A DNA stretch of 64,000 bases from contig JAQGDQ010000221.1 in the NCBI GenBank assembly GCA_030141605.1, positions 1 through 64,000 of the forward strand. Direction: 5' to 3'. This stretch comes from Tubiluchus corallicola (lineage: Eukaryota; Animalia; Priapulida). A program made the translations under genes and the position numbers. Each line of letters opens with the position of its first letter. Positions within the stretch are counted from its first letter, which is position 1. The notes under the pieces were generated by a model that searched no databases, had not been told where the DNA came from, and worked only from the letters and a program-made list of their open reading frames with translations. This document shows, piece after piece, positions 13,594 through 27,434 of the stretch.

Positions 13594-14897
13594 GTAATTT
13601 TTCTGTGCTAAAGGTCTAGCTAGCCAGGAGTCACATAGTGCTGGCAATCGGTATGTTCCTTTGCTCATTATTGAGAATGACTATGGGCACAGTATAACTA
13701 CGTATTTCTAAAGTCTTTTTGTATTAGACTTAACGTATTTATTTAGTGTAATCATGTTGTAATTTAGTCATATTGTAATTTCTTTTCTCTTTACTAAAAT
13801 GTAGAGGTCTCTTACTATAGACTAGTAAATCTTTATTACTAAACAAGTACTAATTACTCTTGTTTCGTCGTCATTGTAAATATCATTATTGTAAAAATGA
13901 TATTCATCAACAATTATGCGCTTATTTGAATTACTCGTTTTCGATATGAAAGCAAAAGTACATACATTTAGAAAATTGCTACAAATTAAGCTCAATTCTG
14001 TATCTGTTTGCATCGAAATTGCGTAAGTAATTGAATTCAGGGCATTCAGTCGCCCAAGTTTTACTCTCCCGCCTATTTTTACAAAAATTCAAACTTCTAA
14101 AATAAAGTTAGAAAGTAAAAAACATTCAATTAAATCGTTAAAATCAGTCAATCATCGAAACAAAATTAAGCGTTTTCGCCATGTCATCTGACTGCGAATT
14201 TGAAATTTCTGATATAGGTACTGAGGAACTGCAGCACCACCTATATTCATTCAATATTATCGATAATATTCAATATAACAAGTCTATTTTCTTTAGTTCT
14301 TTCTTTATACTTGGAGAAAACCAGAGCACGTGAGGGTAGTACTGTTTGCTTTACAGCCCGGCACAGTGCACTCCAGCAGCGTGGTGTTTGGCTGCTGCGC
14401 GCATGCGGCCGTGCACACATGTTTGAGACCAGGTAGAGAAAGTACTGTCGCTCACACAGTTTGTTGTCAGTTGTCGCGTGCTTGGATGAAGCTTAAACTG
14501 CGATAATTTAGGCTATTAGTGAAATACAAATATTTTTTTGTTTAGGATTTTATCAAGTTTATGTATAAACTTTCACATGTTTGTTTGTTTAAAATTACAA
14601 TTTCAAATTACAACATTAAAATTACATATTGTTTGTTTCGTGTTACACAGTATTAAAACGATGGCTAAAAATTTTATGAAGCAGCACTTCCACTAATTTT
14701 AGCTACGAGCCGTTACTGTACGCAGGGTTATAATTAGTGACCAATTAAATGCTAAATAGCACTTGTAATTAGCGCACAGTATATGAATGATGACACCATT
14801 TGAAACTTTTAATAATTATCCTGTTATAAGCCACCAGAAGTTGATTAATAGGAAGGTATATACGCCTAACCTGTTCTAATACAAGTTCTGTTTGCAA

Positions 14898-15297
14898 TAA
14901 GGGTGAGCATTCTCTACTAGAAAGCGAATTCGAATCGAATCTACTTTGTAAGTTTCGAATTCGAATCAAACCGAACTTCAGTACTTCGAACTCAGATTGA
15001 AAGATTTTCGAACAAGTTTTCGAAACACCATTAAAAATCAATCATACAAATGTCATGCATATTACACGATTTTGTTCTGCAGTGAAACCACTAATTTGTT
15101 AAAAAAATTTGTACAAAAATCACAGCTAAATTATGCTAATTGCGTGATGTTTCAAACGTTTTAATAATGAAGGACATATGTGGTTGAAGTGCTGAATTAT
15201 TCGAATCTATAGTTTTAGGTTCGAATCGAATTCGAACTAAAACAACTTCTTCGAATAAAACTCGAATTCGATTCGAACGTTCTACGCTCACCCCCTA
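14898..15297. mobile_element. TTCGAA-rich MITE with TA(A/G)GGGTGAGC terminal inverted repeats
   Basis: taagggtgagc ... gctcaccccct a; many subterminal ttcgaa motifs; TSD degraded. Confidence 0.6.
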
Positions 15298-16889
15298 TTA
15301 CGCAATAATACATAAGATATAAAATTTCAAAACGAATGTCGAGAATGGCAAATCTGGCATCAGGTCGAGAACGGGGAATTTATTTTGGTTCCTAGATGTC
15401 GCTTATTTCGTGTTTAGCTCAGAAAAGGTGGGAGAGTCGATGTACCAAAGTAAATGTTTCATCTAAAGTTTGTTCTTGAAAAGTTTTTTATTATATAGAT
15501 GTTAGTGTTTGTATATCCGAATTTGAATTAGAGATTTTTGAGACACACTCCCAAAGCCATATAAAATTCATCGTGCAAAATGTAGGGCGCGTGATGCAAT
15601 TCTTCAAAGCCTCCTCTATTAAACTCAACAAGATTTTGTATTCAGGTCATGAAAATAGTCGTCCCTAGAGAACGCTGAATGCTTTAATGACGTTAGACCT
15701 CTGAAGCCCTGCAGTATTGCAAAGCATATAAACTTGCTCAGCAATAGTTAAAGCTGGCTTCATGAAACATGCATTCATGTTGTGCAAACGCCTCATTAAA
15801 TTCACCCCCGCGAAAACCAAGGCCATCGTAAAACATTAATTTAAAGGAAACATACTATTTTTTCAAAAATGACTTACGTGAAAGAATTATTGCCACAAAC
15901 ACAATTTCACGTTCGCGCCACTAGCACAAAAACCAGGTGTTGTACCTCTCAGTTCAGATGTGTGACTTTGTGACTAGATCACAGCTCATGCGTGAGTACA
16001 GCGGTAAATATGAAATTTGAATTTGATCTTAAAGCTTCCCTTGTTTTAGTACAACACACTGAATATCTGACAGTAGTGCTGTACTTCAATTTTCGCTTTC
16101 GCAAACACGTGCAAAACGCTCGTAGAATATTTTTCCTGTTGAAAACTATGTTAGTCTGTGATGTCATCAATAATTGGGTTCGCCCGCCGCGTTAATTAAG
16201 TTTTTAATCTATTATTTGATTAACAGAAACGCTTGTGCAGTATTAATTGCGTTTAAATGTATACTTTTCATCAGACTTGAAAATGGTGTAGTGTGTGAAA
16301 AATCATCCTGTCTTTCTTTAATATTGCGCAAAGATCTCATTAAATTCACCACCGCGAAAACGAGGACCATCATAAAATATTAAGATTGACAAACTTAAAT
16401 TGAAAAACATGCGTGAATTGCAACTATTCTGATTGAAATGCAGCCATGTAATAGCGGATTTATTGGACTTTGCAGAAGGTTGATTGGTAATGGATTGTTT
16501 AGTGCAAAACTTATGAAAGGAATGTTTGTCTACATAAAGGAAAGGAGGTCAAGCCTTGTGGGAATTTAAGCTTATTTCAATGTTCTGAAAAAATGTTAGA
16601 AATCTGGAGTTCTCAATTTACAAATTTGAGAAAGAAATGAAAATTATTTGTTCAGAAACTACCGACTACCTGGGTTTTTGTGTTTTTTGTTTATTTTGTC
16701 AATATAAATTATATGTATGTAATGTATATCTTTGTCAATTATCATGCATGTCAATTATCGGCATTGTCGTCTATTATCTATGTTTTGATATGCAGTTGTG
16801 TAATGTATAATGTACCTATAAGTAATGTAATGTATATAGCTTATATGTATTTTGACAAACAGCGTATAATGTATAATATATGTATTATG

Positions 16890-17110
16890 TACGATTTGGA
16901 AGTAATTAAACCATTAATAAATTATGTTGAAAAAGCATTTTATGACATGATAAACAATATACTATATAATGATCATATCATTGAAAATGAGGCCTAATGA
17001 ATGACAATTTATTTTAAATACTACTCAGTAAACATTTCATTAAATAACTAACAGGTAGATTTAATAATATTTGTTTTATTAGTAATCGTTTTGTTTGTAT
17101 ATGTACACTT
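16890..17110 (+). repeat. Dispersed AT-rich repeat family E (also ~30740-31020 + and ~38970-39260 -)
   Basis: Shared aattatgttgaaaaagc...atgatcatat...ttgaaaatgag.cctaatgaa block. Confidence 0.75.
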
Positions 17111-18479
17111 ATAGAAGATCACCACGTAAGTTGATTTATTAATTTCTTAAATCTTGAACCTTTGTTTATTAAAAAGATTAGATTAATTTGACTAGAGATT
17201 AAATTTTATAATTTGCGTAAAGATTTGTTAAACTTAATTAGATCAATTTGGTTTAGATTTCGCCGTATTATTGAGCAAAATTATATAAAATTATCTTATT
17301 TGTTTTCAAATTAAACGATTTTTTTAGAAGAAGGTAGCACACAGCTATAGTACAAGCAAAGCTTCATAATAGATTTTTGGGTTTTACATTTTATCATTGC
17401 ATTTAACTCACCTCAGAGAAGCACATTTAATTACAGTTTTTACAGTTAAAGAGGGTGTTAAAAACTACACGTTCAGTCAGTGGCGGCTGCAGCACCCCTA
17501 TATTATCACACAATATTATACGAAACCAGAGCACGTGAGGGTAGTACTGTTTGCATCACAGCCCAGCAGAGTACGCTGACAGCTCAGAGTCTGAGCGCAG
17601 AGTGATTTACTAGCACGATATAACATGGGAACAAGAAAAAATGAACTAGGTAAGGTTCTAGCTAGCTATTAAAACTGTTACTATTACAATAGCATGGGCT
17701 GCGAGGTGTTATCAAGTGTACACAAATACGTTGTCTGGCGCTGTCATCTATCGCTGGAACTGTGAAAAGGCTTATTTAGCCTTATTTATGAAGCGCTTTC
17801 TTGTGCTTTAAATTTGAGTTCTCAAAAATTATACGATCTTCAAAACGACTTTTACTGTTCTCTAACACGATGAATTCATCGCGTCAGAGCTTTTGCGTGA
17901 GAGCTTCAACATGTGCACACTGTAAACAACTTGAGAGGGAAAGCCATTTAGCTTAGTCAAAACACTGGCTTCTGAAGCCATATACAACGTAACAGTCATC
18001 AACGTCTGTCGTGGTGATGGTTAAATTAAGCTTCGATGTTTGTAGTAAAACTCCAGTCAGCCACTAAACATGCTTTTGTAGCGCAAGGAAATACAAGAAA
18101 CCGATACCAAAGTGATTCACAACAGTTTAAGCAAACATTCAATAATGACAAAATATAGCTTAGAGAACATAATATACTAGCCTATAGTAGCTTTTAATAG
18201 CCTATACTAACCTATAAATAGCCTATACTAGCCTATAGAATAATCCGACCATGTCTGTATGTAGTAATTCTAAATTTCAAGACGATTTTACGTTTTCTTA
18301 GTACAAGAGAAGTAATTTAAACAGGTAACAAAATATACGGATCACGTGTTACGTACAAATGGAGACACTTCCTGTTAAACTGATTAGTTAACAGCAAATT
18401 TGTAAAGAAAGATATTTTTCTCCAGTGTTATTGACATGGTGTTTGACGTTAATCTATTCGTAGTGTTTCTTTCTCTTTC

Positions 18480-18602
18480 TAATGCTCTTCTTTGTTTTTC
18501 TCTTCCTTTCTCCTTCTCTCTGTATGTCTCTCTTTGCCTCCTCTCCCTTTTCTTCTCGGTTCTCCCCCTCTCTCGCTTTCCCTCTCTCTCTCTCTCTCTC
18601 TT

Positions 18603-18642
<40 letters not shown>

Positions 18643-18696
18643 CTTTCTCTCTCTCTCTCTCCTAGCTCTCTTTCTCTCTCTCTGTCTCGCTCTCTT

Positions 18697-18792
<96 letters not shown>

Positions 18793-18910
18793 TCTCGCTA
18801 TCCTTCGCTTTCTGTCTGTCTCTCTCGCTTTCTCTCTCTCTCTCTCCTCTCGTTCGTTCTCCCTCTTTTTCTCTTCCCACTCCCTCTCTTCCTCTTCCCT
18901 TTTTCTCCAG
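18480..18910. repeat. (CT)n microsatellite
   Basis: Direct inspection. Confidence 0.95.
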
Positions 18911-19391
18911 CATCTCCTTCAGCCTCTTCGTCTAATATCCGTTTCTTTTATATAGATCTTTATCTGATACATTCCCTTTCCCTATGTCTTCCGTTCAGTC
19001 ATCTAATAGTTTGTTTGCAACTTTTCTGTATTTTTTCCTGACAAGAGAATGATAGCTGCGGATCGTGTACAATGTGTCACATGTTAAAGGTTAAAAGGTT
19101 TCCCATGTCTCTCGTGTCTTGAGTGTTACAGTCAATGAAGACTGAAGCACGGCAGGCAATCTGATCTTGTAAATAGATCAACAGTATAAAGCAAACATTG
19201 GGGATGGCTTGAGCGTAGGATTCTTGATGGACCATGGAGAAGCTTGGCAGCCTTTGTCTAATTATATGACAGATAACTGGGATGCATGAGAAAACGAGGA
19301 GGCTGGAGCCTTCAAGAAAAGAAACTCCAAGAAATGAAAATTTTTTAATTTTGAAACCAACATGGCCAAAAGAAACGAAATCGGTAGTTTA

Positions 19392-19463
19392 CTTAGTCTA
19401 GATTTGAACTGGGCACCTTCGGATTACAAGTGCAATGTCGATGACAACTAGAACTACATAGCC
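19392..19463 (-). pseudogene. tRNA-derived sequence (TGT anticodon loop, Thr-like); SINE head or tRNA pseudogene; similar relic at ~22378-22432
   Basis: GGCTATGTAGTTCTAGTTG...GCACTTGTAATCCGAAGGTGCCCAGTTCAAATCT has A-box, anticodon loop and B-box, but the acceptor stem does not close. Confidence 0.55.
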
Positions 19464-20444
19464 ACTCTTTAACATGGCAGGTGTTTCACTGTTGCAGCGA
19501 TTCTGCACCTCGACTCCACCGTGGATTATCTCAGCTTAGAAATAACGTAGAGCAATGAACTTGGTATCAAAATGATCCTCATGAAATGGAGATTCAGGAT
19601 ACGTGAATAACTAGAAAAGCTTAATTGCCAATTTATTGACGTTTTTCTACACAAGCACACATATGGTGTTCACCACATTTAGTGAAGAAAAAAACTGACC
19701 GAAAATATTCACTTTGACGGCGTCTGCTCCTGTTTATCTCAGCTGTCCCAGAACTCTCCCAGAACTGCCCAAAATTGGAAGTGCTCTTCCGCGTCACACA
19801 CCTCACCCCTCCACAATCGTTTGTGAAAATCAGAGAAGTAGTCTTTGCATAGCTTGTTTACAAACTAATGAACTAGTGAACAATGATGAAAACGTAACCT
19901 TCTTGGCAGGGGAAATGAGGGCCGTTTAAGTAATTTTTCTCAAGGTAAGACTCCATGTGTAGCCCACTATATAATTGAAGTATTTTTTAAATTACAACAA
20001 TCAAAGAATTTCCTTTCTGAGTCTTGCTTCTTCGAAATATTTTAATTAAAAAAAATGGCGTTGCTTAGGCCTTTATGGACTACCTGTTTATTCAGTTTTT
20101 CCTTATTTAATTACTACTTAATTTATTCTTGTCTGTTAATAATAATTATTATTATTAATTAGACCAAATCAACACGGAAAGTCAGAAATAAAATATGAAG
20201 GAAGGAAACTAGTTCATCCACTTTTGCTGATTTAAATTGACTGGATTTTATGTTGGACGTAACAGTACTTGAGATGTCATGTAGTGTGGTGTGGCCAACA
20301 CAGTAACTATAATATCCAGGACAGGAATCATACACAGTTTCTCTTATTGCTCTCAGAAATGAATGAGAGCAGTAGGGGCCGGTTTCAACTTAATTCTGAC
20401 GTGAATGAAAATGGGTGAAGTGACTTTGTCAGTGAAAAATAATT

Positions 20445-20983
20445 GGTTGGCATCCTTCTGTCTCGGAAGACAATGGAGTGTGCGCCAGGAGAGTCAGTTA
20501 TTGATCACATTGATGGAGCTGCAGCGTCGACTATGGCTGAGCAGTGCGATCCTTGAACGTCTCCAGGGCGTACGCCTGGGAAAGGTGTATGGAGGTCCTG
20601 AGTTGCCCAGACAACAGGAACCCCCTCTCTTCCTCGCTGGTGTAGTCCAAAGGAAAGCGGAGCGCTACGTTTGGCACCAGGTTGGCTGCAGGAGCTGCCG
20701 GAGTCAGTGAGCATGCTGCACTGTCCGCCTTCGGGGCTCCACTCCTGATTTGGAAGGTTTACTCCTCTACACATGGCCGTTGGGTCACTTGACTTCCTCC
20801 GCCCTCTAGCCGTTGGTTGCTTGTGCAGCTCCTCCGCCTAGTGTCGAGATACAGTGTGGGCATCCCGCAAGCCTACAGCGCCTGGTATTCCTAGGCGGTC
20901 ACCCATCCAAGTACTAACCAGTGTTGCTTAACTTCTGTGATCAGACGAGAACCGGTGTTTTCAACGTGATTTGGCCGTAGTCT
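20445..20983 (-). mobile_element. 5S rRNA-headed SINE (SINE3-like), ~540 bp
   Basis: 5S-like head at 20869-20982 runs without a T-run terminator into a ~425-bp GC-rich body; flanked by a 12-bp TSD tgaaaaataatt (20433-20444) / tggaaaataatt (20984-20995). Confidence 0.8.
20869..20982 (-). pseudogene. 5S rRNA-derived sequence with a short internal deletion
   Basis: GACTACGGCCAAATCACGTTGAAAACACCGGTTCTCGTCTGATCACAGAAGTTAAGCAACAC-TGGTTAGTACTTGGATGGGTGACCGCCTAGGAATACCAGGCGCTGTAGGCTT. Confidence 0.9.
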
Positions 20984-21689
20984 TGGAAAATAATTATTTT
21001 CCAACAATATACGTGTATTTTCCAACAATACACGAAAATGCCATTATTGTCAAAAAACTTTAAAAACCAGGTAGTTGATACGTTTCTCTACACAAGAGAT
21101 AACTCCGTGAGGCGGAGTGCGACATGAGGTGAGCACAAGACTGCGAGCTTGGTTATGCTACTTTATGAGGTTCATATTCAGCGTAGAGTCCCAGAGGTAC
21201 CTAACAGAGAACATTACAGGGTTGTAAAAGCTTCAGTTATACGACTGCTGTTAACATCGCTGTTGAATGATGATGCATGGTTGTTAAAAATGCAAAAGGT
21301 TTTAAGAAATTACTGCCTTCGCACGAAAGGAAATTATTCGGTTAGAAAAGACCATGCATACTTAACGGTGAGAGAGACTAAACGCGGCGATAAAAGAGGA
21401 TATCCTGTCCTGGATGTGATAGTTACTGTGTTGGCCACACTACATGACAGCTCAAATACTATTCCGTTCAACATAAATTCCAGTCAATTTAAATCAGCAA
21501 AAGCAGGCAAACTAGTTTCTTTCATATATAAGTTTATGTATCAGCAAGGCCATTTTTTAATAAAAATATTTCCAAGAAGCAAGACCCAGAAAGGAATTGC
21601 TTTGATTGTTATAATTTAAAAAAAGATCTCAACTATATACTTTGCTTAAAAGGGAGGAAAAAAGTATTTTAAAGTATTTTTATTATAGC

Positions 21690-21790
21690 ACTGTATCACC
21701 ATCCCAAGATGCACCACTGTATCACCATCCCAGCATGCACCACTCTATCACCATCCCAGCATGCACCACTGTATCACCATCCCAGCATGT
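21690..21790. repeat. 26-bp tandem repeat, ~4 copies
   Basis: actgtatcaccatcccagcatgcacc repeated. Confidence 0.9.
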
Positions 21791-22629
21791 ACGACTGATT
21801 CACCAGAAAAAACACACGTTGTTGATATTACTCAAAGCATAAAGTAATTTAAACTTTTGCTTAGCTAACGAATAACAATGCTCTGATTGTTTTTTCAAAT
21901 TTTTTTTTTGCAATGTTGTCTAAACTTGTTTCAAACGACTAAAGGTACGACTCCATGTGTACGTAACGCGTGATGCGTGATCCGTAATGCGCAATGCGTA
22001 TACAACAGTTTATATCATCTAAACACGTGGAAATGTTTCCATGTGCACCTAATTCGTGATGCGTGATCCGAAATGCGTGATGCGTATGCAACAGTTTGTA
22101 TCTAAACACGTGAAAGTGTTTCCATGTACGCGTGATGCGTGATGCGTGATCCAAGATGCGTGATGCGTATATAACAGTTTGTACTTAAGCGATTATTAAT
22201 AATTTGTGAATTTTAATATTTATTACTTAAAAAAGATAGGCAGACTTGAAAAATGTGACCTACTCAGCACAATTCTTCCTGTGACAACATTAGCCAACGA
22301 CATTTATTCCAGATAAACGCAACGAATTAAATTTGAAGCCATGAAAGTTTGAAAAGGCGAAATGTGAAAAAGTTTAACACGGCCTGAATATGAACCTGCG
22401 ACCTCCAAATTACAAAGTAGCGGATTTTATCACTAATAATAATAATAATAATAATGCATGAAACAAAAGAAATAATATAATATTATATATAGTATATATA
22501 ATATTAATATAATAGTAATAATAATATAAATTATATATTATGATTATAACACTAGAGCTTCGTATATGTGTGCAGTGAACCGTAACCCACATTTCACTGT
22601 TGTAAGTAGAAACGCTGCTTATAATATCT

Positions 22630-22862
22630 GGTCAAGAGTCAACGAAAAAAGTGATAACTTCATGGTCAAGAATCAACGAAAACAGTAATAACTTAATGGT
22701 CAACAATCAACGGAAAAAGTGATAAGTTCATGGTCAAGAGTCAACGAAAACGTAATAACCTCGTGGACGAGAATCAACGAAAAACGTAATAACTTCGTGG
22801 TCAAGAATCAATGAAAGAAGTAATAACTTCGTGGTCAAAAATCAACGAAAAAAGTGATAACT
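22630..22862. repeat. ~33-bp minisatellite, ~7 copies
   Basis: ggtcaagaatcaacgaaaaa(a)gtaataacttc(a/g)t repeated. Confidence 0.9.
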
Positions 22863-23726
22863 TTATTATTAGTGGTTTTATTGCATGTATCTAACATAGA
22901 AGTCAAACTTCGTGTTACCACAGAAACGTAATTTCACGTTTGCACGGCTAGTTCTCGACTGCTACATTTCCTTCTCGATATTTTCTAGTCAGACTGGCAC
23001 TAGTGCCTGCATTTCGTAAACGCGCGTGTTGCACAAAAAACAGATGCTATACCTCTTAGTTTAGAGGTATTCACTAGTACACGGTTTCGACAGCTCATGC
23101 GTGAGCACAGTGGTAAATTTGAAATCTGAATTTTTATCTTGAAACTTGCCTAGTTTTAGTACAACACACTGAATATCTTACAGCAGCACTGTACTTCAAT
23201 TTTGCTTTCTCAAACACGTGCAACACGATCATGGAATACTTTTTCTGTTGTAAATTATGTTAATTTGTGATGGCATCACTAATTGCGCTCATCGAATGTT
23301 GATTAAGTTATTCAGTTAATTACTTAATTACTAGATTCATTCGGCATTATTACAGGTGTTAGAATGTACAGTTTTCACGATTTACTTCACAATGCGGTAG
23401 GATTAGAAATCATGGTGTTTTCCTTTAATTCGTTTCTCTTCTCCATCTCGTGTTCTTCTTATCTACATTCTGCAGCAACTCGTCTACTGTAACATCAACA
23501 TGCAACAGGAAACCACTCACCACAGTCGAGCGAATTGCAATAATGCGCATTACTATAGGAAGCCAGACAATGTGAAGCCATCAACTTCCTGTCTGCATCA
23601 ACTCTAATTGCGGTGGCGTTAAGATTTTGGAGCTACGAAGAAGGAGGTGGTTCGCAGCCTTCCCCACTAAGATATGAGTGCAATATCTTTAAAAAAAAAT
23701 TTCTTCCAAATTGTGCACTGCCTTAA

Positions 23727-24375
23727 AAGGACAAGAAAATGGGTACCTGAAGTAGGTTTCAGAAAAATCGCCTTAAAAAATTATGTTTTTGTTTGTTTTC
23801 ATTTTAAATCTCCCGCAATACTGTTTCGACAGCGCCTTTATCTTATATATTATCTTATCTTATCATTATACGCCATTACGTAAATCAGGGGAAGAAAAGT
23901 TTAATTATGTCCCAAAAACTTTCCATACAAGTTTATATTACTTAGCATTTCGCTTACCTGCTTGAAAGACTTATGTAACTAGAAAAGAAAATTATTAATT
24001 ATTTAAAATGTTTTCACCAATTGGCAGAATGTTCCTGACTCACCCCCCAGGGTGCGCCACTCACTAACCTAAAACGTATTTTAATCTTATTGGCAAGATA
24101 CAGTAATTAAATATTTTAAATAGCAACATGTGTACTACGAATGCTCTGATTATTTTTTCAAACTTTACTCAGTGTTATCCAAACTTGTTTCAAATGACTT
24201 ATCATCAAAATGGCTGCACCTAACGGTCATCGCGGGAATTTACAAGTTTTATGCAGCGTTACTGCCGACCCAAACCCTTCATGCAAAAATACTGCATATA
24301 TGTGGTATAAAATTTCAGGAATTTTTGAATTTCAAAAGTTTTAAAACTTTTCGTAGCCCGAGGTTTTCTTGTGAT
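23727..24375 (+). mobile_element. Kolobok-like MITE family A
   Basis: ttaa-aaggacaagaaaatgggtacctgaagtagg start; colinear with other copies. Confidence 0.8.
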
Positions 24376-24537
24376 TGAAGATGTTTACTGTTTTCGCAAA
24401 CACTCAATGACAAGGCCAACTTAGTCCACATATTCTCTCTCACCCCTTGTCATGATTAAGGTAACCCAAAAAATTATATGTCACAAAAATTAACTTCTCT
24501 TACATCTCTCTTCACCCCTCATACAAAATAAGCTTAA

Positions 24538-25204
24538 ATCGCAAGAACCCCTCCATATACATAAAGCTTAAAAAAATCGTCTCGAAATACAATACCACAC
24601 ATACTGCCTTTTTGCATACAGGACCTGCATCGGCTGTAACGCTGTATAAAACGTGTAAATTTAAATTCCAGCGATGACCGTTAGGCGTAGCCATTTTAAT
24701 GGTAGGTAAGTCGCTCGAAACAAGTTTAGATAAATTTGAGAAAAATAATCAGAGCATTCGTAGCACACATGTTGTTACAAAGAAGGAAAATTTTAAATTA
24801 CTGTACCTTCTCAATAAGATTAAAAATACGTTTTTGACTAGTGAGTGGTGCACCCTGGAGGGTGAGTCAGCGACATTTTTACCAATTGGCACAAACATTT
24901 CAAATTATTAGTCTAGTTACATAAGTCTTTCCAGCAGGTAAGTGAAATGCCAAGTAAAATAGATTTGCACGGAAAGTTTTTGGGACATAATTTAACATTT
25001 CCTTTTCTTCCCCTGATTTACGTTTTGCGTATATGACGTCATGTAATGATGCGGTCGGAACAGTATTGCGGGAGATTTAAAATGCAAACAAACAAAAATT
25101 CCTTTCAACGCGAATACGATATGTGTATAAGATTCCTGCTAGGTAGTATAATTTTTTAAGGGGATTTTTCTGAAACCTACTTCAGGTGCCCCTTTTCTTG
25201 TCCT
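24538..25204 (-). mobile_element. Kolobok-like MITE family A
   Basis: TTAA at 24534-24537 and 25205-25208. Confidence 0.8.
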
Positions 25205-25699
25205 TTAACCGAGAAACTTGCCAAGAAACCGCAGAACAAATTATCTTCGCCAACTCTTCTCCTCCCTCATCCTGCATGGGCTGAACGAACAAACATGCCA
25301 ATAAGTCACAAGGAGGTCTCTCAACCAACACCCTCCACCCCCACCCCACCCCCATCCCGAAAAGAGTAAATCGGGAAACATATGGGAACAGTCACGTGAC
25401 GTTAGTTATCCGTTTTCAAAATTTTCGACTTCTCGCGATCATCCCCCTCGGGTTAAGAGCTCAAACGAAGCCAATTAAATTATTTATTCAGAATCGTTGC
25501 TGCCGACTTTGCTGGCTTCAGTGCCATTTTAAAAATTCAGACGGTTTTCCAAAAATCAATGGATGACGCAGTGTGAACAGCGTGACCCCAGTGTGAACAC
25601 ATGCTAGTATAAAAATTTTAAGACCCAGCCGCCAATGTTGCGTTGTAACAGCTTTCAAGGTATTATGTTGTAAGTTTAAAGTCGTGTTTACTCTGATAC

Positions 25700-25940
25700 T
25701 CTGAACAATTTTTGTTTACGTTGAACCGTTTTTGTTTACGATGAACAATTTTTGTTTACGCTGAACAATTTTTGTTTACGATGAACAATTTTTGTTGGCG
25801 CTGAACAATTTTTGTTTGTGCTGAACATTTTTTGTTTATATTGAACAATTTTTGCTTGCGCTGAACAATTTTTGCTTGCGCTCAGCAATTTTTGTTTGCG
25901 CTGAACAATTTTTGCTTGCGCTGAGCAATTTTTGTTTCGT
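25700..25940. repeat. 20-bp minisatellite (ctgaacaatttttgtttgcg), ~12 copies
   Basis: Direct inspection. Confidence 0.95.
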
Positions 25941-26874
25941 TGAAATCATCAGTAAAGATTCGTCTGACAATGATCAAGTTAATTAATTTAATATCTAAAC
26001 TTTAACGCATGCGCAAAATTAAGATAATAATCAAAATAGAAGATATAATTTTCACTAGATATAATTCTTTATTAATTTCATTCATAATATTTCAGCAAGT
26101 CATTCATAAATACGTTAATATTTACACGATTAAAAATGATTAACACCGACACATTTACATTTCAACTAAATCAAACGAGTTTACAATAGGAGGGGAGAAG
26201 GCAAGGCTTATGCATTCGTTCATTATTTATTCAATTATTCGTTCATTAACTCATCCATTCATCCAATCTTTCCAGTTCCAAAAATACCTTTTAAATGACA
26301 AAATAAGTTATCTAAATTCCACCTTTTTTGAAACGAATTGACTTTAAACCAGTACGGGCCAAAATGGGACCTATTCTTCAGTGTAACTGATTGATTTTCC
26401 TTGATAGTTTGAAGTTGAAACTATTTTGCTGTGACTGTAGTTACAATACATGGTATTACCATTCTAGCCACCACCGTTCAGCATTTTTAAGATTAAGCAG
26501 AAGACAAAGTCTTGTTAATTTTCCAAGCATTATAAACGAAACTTAATAAAAACACTCATCTCGTGGTCTGACAGTCAATATTAGAAGCACCCGCAGAAAT
26601 TACATGCATAAAAATAGCAATCTTTTCATTTCAAAAACGAGTTAAACCACTTTTATTGCTTTTACTTATTTATGCTCATCTTCCACGGGCAGCTCAATGA
26701 AATATTCATGAAATGCCGATAAAAACACGGACAACACCGAGTTCTATTATTCTAGACAGCTTTATGACCTTCCGATAATCTCCAACGGCGCTGAGCTGAA
26801 TTATATAAGATGTTGTTCCCGAATGCAAATTAGATTAAGGAAACATTTCTGAATATTTTCTTTGGAACTTCAGC

Positions 26875-27291
26875 CAAGGGCGTATTAACCAATAGGCAAC
26901 ATAGCCTAGGGCGCCAAAGTTTGAGGGGCGTCACATTTCAGAAAAAATTCTTATTCTCCTCAGAAAATGTGTATACTTTCATATTAATGTAAAGGGCGCA
27001 TTTTATAACACACCACTGGCAGTTACTGAGCTCGACTTTTATATAAATGTCACATAACGCACAGGTGCAAGGTATAACGCAACAAGCAGTTGCGCAGCAT
27101 GCTTGAATATAAGCGCTACACAAATACATATAATTAATAATGACCACGTAGAGACTAGGTTAATAGTGTTTCTAATACACCACAAGTAATTGTTTAACCT
27201 TCTCATTACATAAATGATCATAAATTCAGAACAGAGAGAGGCAGGACAGAACTGTCAGCCTAGAGCGTCGTAAAGATTTAATACACCCCAG
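26875..27291 (+). mobile_element. hAT-like MITE; its interior recurs inverted at ~52440-52720 and ~61390-61670
   Basis: TIRs caagggcgtattaa / ttaatacaccccag; perfect 8-bp TSD acttcagc (26867-26874, 27292-27299). Confidence 0.85.
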
Positions 27292-27434
27292 ACTTCAGCC
27301 GTTAATCAACGGATGATCAGAATGTTAATCTAGCGGACAGCAAAAAGGTTCAGAAAATATTTTCGTTTTGTTGAACAAGACACTGAATAATGTTCATTTG
27401 GCATTGAACACCAAGCAGGCATTAAGGACTTTTA

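Larger units (their letters stand above)
19960..21648. mobile_element. Foldback-type element with long diverged inverted arms (~19960-20330 and ~21398-21648)
   Basis: cttttgctgatttaaattgactgg...tggccaacacagtaactat...tccaggacagga is the reverse complement of ~21400-21503; outer arms also match (aacaatcaaag...tcttgcttctt). Confidence 0.7.

Noticed and set aside
20869-20982. Functional 5S rRNA gene
   Set aside because: Internal deletion, no oligo-T terminator, and embedded in a TSD-flanked element.
21149-21619. 156-aa ORF
   Set aside because: Non-ATG start, overlaps the arm of an inverted repeat, no recognisable domain.
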